Source: Beutenbergiaceae bacterium (GTDB taxonomy: Bacteria; Actinomycetota; Actinomycetes; Actinomycetales; Beutenbergiaceae). From it: DNA of 64,000 nucleotides. The translations under genes and the position numbers were made by a program. The notes beneath the pieces are model-generated. The model did no database searches. It was given only the letters and a program-made list of their open reading frames with translations, and was not told the origin of the DNA. Position 1 is the first letter of the stretch. Every line of letters starts with the position of its first letter. Where the stretch lies: assembly GCA_047972965.1 (NCBI GenBank), contig JBKEBC010000005.1, positions 2,014 through 66,013 on the forward strand, read 5' to 3'. Positions 60,376 to 64,000 of this stretch are shown piece after piece.

Positions 60376-61866
60376 CTAGCCCGGTAGCAGGAAGCTGTCC
60401 GCCCGACGTCCGGTCCGGATATTGACCGACTTAAGCTCGGTGTACTCCTCGAATCCGGCCTCGCCCATCTCACGCCCGACGCCGCTGGCCTTGTATCCAC
60501 CGAATGGCATCTGCGGTGGAGCATCGATGACGGTGTTGACGTAAACAGTGCCGCTCCGCAGACCCTTGGCCAGGTCGAGAGTGCGGTCGATGCTCTTGGA
60601 CCACACGGTGTTCGAGAGCCCGTAGGCCACGCTGTTGGCCAGATCAACGGCTGCGCGTTCATCGGCAAACCTGGTCACGGTGAGCACCGGCCCGAAGATC
60701 TCGTCGGTGAATACCGAGGCCTCCTTGGTCACACGGTCAATGACCGTCGGCGCCACGAACTGGCCGGCCCCGAACTCGCCGCCCTGCAGTGCAGTTCCGC
60801 CGGTGACGATCTCGGAGCCCCCTTCCGCAGCACCAGCCACGAAGCCGAGGACCTTCTCCCGGTGCCCCGCGTGAATCATCGCCCCGACGTCGGTAGCGTC
60901 GTCGAGCGGTTGCCCCACCTTCATTTGCTTCATGCGTTCGGCGACGCGGGCCACGAACTCATCCGCGATGGATTCCTGCACCAGCAGACGGGGTTGGGAG
61001 ACGCAGCACTCACCGTTGTTGAAGGCGATTCCGTGCGCGACCCCGGCCACGGCATCCTCGAGATCTGCGTCGTCAAAGACGATGCTCGCAGCCTTACCTC
61101 CCAGTTCCAGCGAGGTCTTCTTCATCGTCGCTGCCGCCGTTTCCATGACCCGCTGCCCGGTGACGGTCGATCCGGTGAACGAGATCAGATCCAGCATCGG
61201 TGAGGCGGTGAGAGCCTGCCCAACGTCACCAGCACCGGTCACCACGTTGACGACGTCCTGCGGCACTCCAGCTTCCATCACCAGGTTGGCGATATGCAGG
61301 GCCGAGGTCGAGGTGAACTCCGAAGGCTTGATCACGGCGGTACATCCGGCGGCCAGCGCGAACGGGAGCTTTTGCATGAGGATCAGTGCTGGGAAGTTCC
61401 AGGGGATCACCAGGCCGACAGCCCCGATCGGCTCGCGCATGACAATGCCGGTGAAGTCGGGCCCGTTGGTGGTGAACGACTTCCCTTGCATGTTGATCGC
61501 TAGCGATGCCGCATAGCGGGATAAGGTTGCTGCCCCGCCGATATCGGCCCGAGCGATGCGAATCGGCTTTCCGGATTCTTCGGCGTCGATCCGTGCCAGG
61601 GTCTCGGCATCGCGGTCGATCAAGTCCGCCAGACGGTTCAGCACGGCGGCGCGATGGAACGCCGTTTCGTTCGACCACACACCGGAGTCGAAGGCGTCCC
61701 GGGCGCCTTGGATGGCTCGGGTCACCTCGCGGGGGCTGGATGCGGCCACTCGGGAGACCACCTCGTCGGTGCCGGGTGCGCGACGGTCAATGAACTCGCC
61801 GTCGTGGGAGTCAAGCTGTGCTCCGCCGATGAACGGAAGGAGGCTGCGCGGTGCGGTGATTGTCAT
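60376..61866 (-). CDS. NAD(P)+-dependent aldehyde dehydrogenase
   Basis: 496 aa. Catalytic motifs LELGGKA and FNNGECC. Confidence 0.9.
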   Translation of the reverse strand: MTITAPRSLLPFIGGAQLDSHDGEFIDRRAPGTDEVVSRVAASSPREVTRAIQGARDAFDSGVWSNETAFHRAAVLNRLADLIDRDAETLARIDAEESGKPIRIARADIGGAATLSRYAASLAINMQGKSFTTNGPDFTGIVMREPIGAVGLVIPWNFPALILMQKLPFALAAGCTAVIKPSEFTSTSALHIANLVMEAGVPQDVVNVVTGAGDVGQALTASPMLDLISFTGSTVTGQRVMETAAATMKKTSLELGGKAASIVFDDADLEDAVAGVAHGIAFNNGECCVSQPRLLVQESIADEFVARVAERMKQMKVGQPLDDATDVGAMIHAGHREKVLGFVAGAAEGGSEIVTGGTALQGGEFGAGQFVAPTVIDRVTKEASVFTDEIFGPVLTVTRFADERAAVDLANSVAYGLSNTVWSKSIDRTLDLAKGLRSGTVYVNTVIDAPPQMPFGGYKASGVGREMGEAGFEEYTELKSVNIRTGRRADSFLLPG

Positions 61867-61918
61867 GGATTCTCGTCCTTAGTGTCGTCTCGGTTGGTGG
61901 GGAACGCTGGAACGGGGA

Positions 61919-63058
61919 TTACTTGGCCCGCTGAAACAGGTCGCATAGATCGTCGTAGCTAACCTCGCGCGGGTTGCCCGGCAGGTCCGCCTGATCGAGC
62001 GCATCACGCGCCATCTCATCGAGCTTCTCGGTGCCGATCTCTAGCTCCCGCAGGGTCCGCGGCACTCCGCTATCGGCCGCCAGCTGGTGCACCGACTGCG
62101 CGGCCAAGGCTGCGGCGGCGCCATCGCTCAATCCGGTGATGTCTGCGCCCAGGGCGCTGGCGATGCGCGCAAACCGCTGCGGGGCCGCGGGCAGGTTGAA
62201 GTCCATCACATAGGGCAAGAACAGCGCATTCGCTGTTCCGTGGTGCACCCCGTAGTGGGCGCCGAGGGTGTTGGCGAGGGCATGTACCGCCCCGAGGCCG
62301 GCGTCATGGAATCCGATGCCGGCCATGGATGAGGCGACCAACATGTTGTACAGGGCCTCGGGGTCACCCTTGGACGCAGCCACCAGGTTCTGCCCGATCA
62401 GCTCGATCGCTCCCAGATTGATCGCATCGGTGACCGGGTTCGCCCCCTTGGCGACATAGGCCTCAATGGCGTGTGTGAGCGCATCCATGCCGGTCGTGGC
62501 AGCGATCCGGCCAGGCAGATTGGCGACCACCTGCGGGTCCAGGACAGCCATGGTGGCGAAGAGCAGGTCGGAGACAATGACCATCTTGACGTTGGTGGCG
62601 TGATTGGTGATGACGGCACCCTTGGTCACCTCGCTGCCGGATCCGACAGTGGTGGGGACCATCACGATCGGGAGCGGACGTTGGTCGAACTTGTCGACGC
62701 CTTCGTAGTCGGTGATGGCACCACCATTGGTGGCTAGCATGGCGATGGACTTGGCCACATCCATCGACGATCCACCTCCGACGGCGACGACCAGGTCCGC
62801 ACCGGAATCGGCGAGGGCGGATGCTGCGGCCTCGACCGTCTCCACGCTGGGGTTGCCTTCCACCTCGGTGAAGCTGTGAACGGGCAGCTGGGATTCACGC
62901 AGCGCTTCGACGACAACCTCGAGAATTCCGGCCGCGACAATGCCCGGGTCGGTGACGACGAGAATGCCGCTACCCCTGCTGGGCAGTTCGGCAGCTACTG
63001 ATCCGAGGGCGCCGGCGCCCATGACCAGTCGTGGCGGAGATGAGAAGTGCTTACTCAT
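61919..63058 (-). CDS. Iron-containing (group III) alcohol dehydrogenase
   Basis: 379 aa. GGGSSMDVAK NAD motif. His-rich metal site (HAIEAY..., GLGAVHALAN). Confidence 0.9.
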   Translation of the reverse strand: MSKHFSSPPRLVMGAGALGSVAAELPSRGSGILVVTDPGIVAAGILEVVVEALRESQLPVHSFTEVEGNPSVETVEAAASALADSGADLVVAVGGGSSMDVAKSIAMLATNGGAITDYEGVDKFDQRPLPIVMVPTTVGSGSEVTKGAVITNHATNVKMVIVSDLLFATMAVLDPQVVANLPGRIAATTGMDALTHAIEAYVAKGANPVTDAINLGAIELIGQNLVAASKGDPEALYNMLVASSMAGIGFHDAGLGAVHALANTLGAHYGVHHGTANALFLPYVMDFNLPAAPQRFARIASALGADITGLSDGAAAALAAQSVHQLAADSGVPRTLRELEIGTEKLDEMARDALDQADLPGNPREVSYDDLCDLFQRAK

Positions 63059-63099
63059 ATGGGTTCTTTCTCTAGGAGGTAAACGGCCGATGCGCTGAC

Positions 63100-63873
63100 T
63101 TAGGCCTTGGATTTCTTGCGGTCGAGGAACCCCTGGACGGCGGCGCGTTGCTCGGGGGTGGTGCAGCAGGTGCCGACGTGGCGTGCTTCGACCAGGGAAC
63201 CGTGGACGGTGCCCAGTCGCTGGCCGGCGTAAACGGCGTCCTTCGCCAGGTGCAACGCTGTTGCCGACCGCGATTCGATGATGTCCGCCAACGAGTGCGC
63301 CGCCGCGAGGGCGTCGTCAGCGACGACGTTCAGCAGGCCCCACTCCAGGGCCAGCTCAGCGCTGATGGGCTCGCCGCTGAGGATCATCTGCAGCGCCCGC
63401 CCTTGCCCGATCAGGCATGGCAACCGCTGGGTCCCAGCCCAGCCAGGAATGTTGGCGAGCGTGATCTCGGGTTGACCTAGGCGCGATTGTGGGGTTGCCG
63501 TGCGCAGGTCAGCAGCCATTGCCAGCTCAAGGCCACCGCCATAGGCAACTCCAGCGATCGCGGCAATCGTGACTTGCGGTGCGTCCTCTAGTCGCTGGAA
63601 TATCTGTTGGCCCCACAGCATGTGGTTGGTGGCCTCAGACGCCGAAAGTCCCGCCAGTGAGGCAATGTCTGCCCCTGCGCTGAATGCCCGGTCCCCTGCC
63701 CCGCTGAGGATCACCGTTTTAGCGTCGGGAAACGCGCCATCACAGAGTTGACGGGTGAAGGTGTCCAGTTCGGACAATAGCTCGACGCTCAGCGAGTTGC
63801 CCTTGTGGGGTCGGCATATCTGCGCCGATATTCGCGCTCCGGAACTTTCAATCTTGAGCAACTCTTGCTCCAC
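63100..63873 (-). CDS. Enoyl-CoA hydratase/isomerase (crotonase) family protein
   Basis: Start re-assigned to the GTG preceded by GAGGAGG (10-nt spacer), giving 257 aa. Oxyanion-hole motifs FSAGADI and GVAYGGGLELAMA. Confidence 0.8.
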   Translation of the reverse strand: MEQELLKIESSGARISAQICRPHKGNSLSVELLSELDTFTRQLCDGAFPDAKTVILSGAGDRAFSAGADIASLAGLSASEATNHMLWGQQIFQRLEDAPQVTIAAIAGVAYGGGLELAMAADLRTATPQSRLGQPEITLANIPGWAGTQRLPCLIGQGRALQMILSGEPISAELALEWGLLNVVADDALAAAHSLADIIESRSATALHLAKDAVYAGQRLGTVHGSLVEARHVGTCCTTPEQRAAVQGFLDRKKSKA

Positions 63874-63889
63874 GGTTTCGCTGCCTCCT

Positions 63890-64000
63890 CTATCGGTGCT
63901 GTAGCTGCAGAGCCATGGCCGCATCGGTGAACAAGCGGGTATCCATGGTTGCGAGGTCGTCGGCAATCTCGGGAACGAAGCCCATCAGCGCCAGCACGTC
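63890..64000 (-). CDS. 3' end of an unidentified CDS running off the window
   Basis: Open frame ...DVLALMGFVPEIADDLATMDTRLFTDAAMALQLQHR*. The stop lies 16 nt before the crotonase start. The product cannot be called from 36 residues. Confidence 0.4.
   Translation of the reverse strand, partial: DVLALMGFVPEIADDLATMDTRLFTDAAMALQLQHR

Overview
High-GC (about two-thirds G+C by eye) Actinomycetota chromosomal segment. It is densely coding: about 60 CDS, three tRNAs (Thr-CGT, Pro-CGG, Ser-GGA) and a small SRP RNA. The backbone is the conserved actinobacterial housekeeping block: tmk-holB, topA, a Tad/Flp pilus locus, acs, crp, whiB-ponA, asd-ask and recR-dnaX. From memory this is collinear with M. 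tuberculosis Rv3644c-Rv3721c. Accessory metabolic and metal genes are interleaved: a His-rich CPH-type P1B ATPase behind a CsoR-type operator, prpDBC, CopC, a K+ channel and an ADH/ALDH/crotonase cluster. I saw no transposase, integrase, CRISPR array or rRNA. I cannot identify a clear multi-gene novel system. The signals not explained by ordinary annotation are listed here. (1) A dispersed family of compound palindromes built on AAGTCGTGAT/ATCACGACTT has four copies, all at 3' ends of transcription units. One lies downstream of each of the three tRNAs, and one supplies the stop codon of a CDS. (2) Two perfect G-quadruplex-capable microsatellites share the core GGGTGC. One sits in the only large gap of the tad operon, directly upstream of the Flp pilin gene. 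(3) CopC is translationally coupled to a stand-alone beta-propeller-like protein rather than CopD/YcnI. (4) A roughly 600-bp stretch of decayed coding sequence lies next to the copper operator. (5) ybaB is absent from the normally conserved dnaX-ybaB-recR triad. All functional calls rest on motifs recognised by eye and on synteny recalled from memory. No database search was run.
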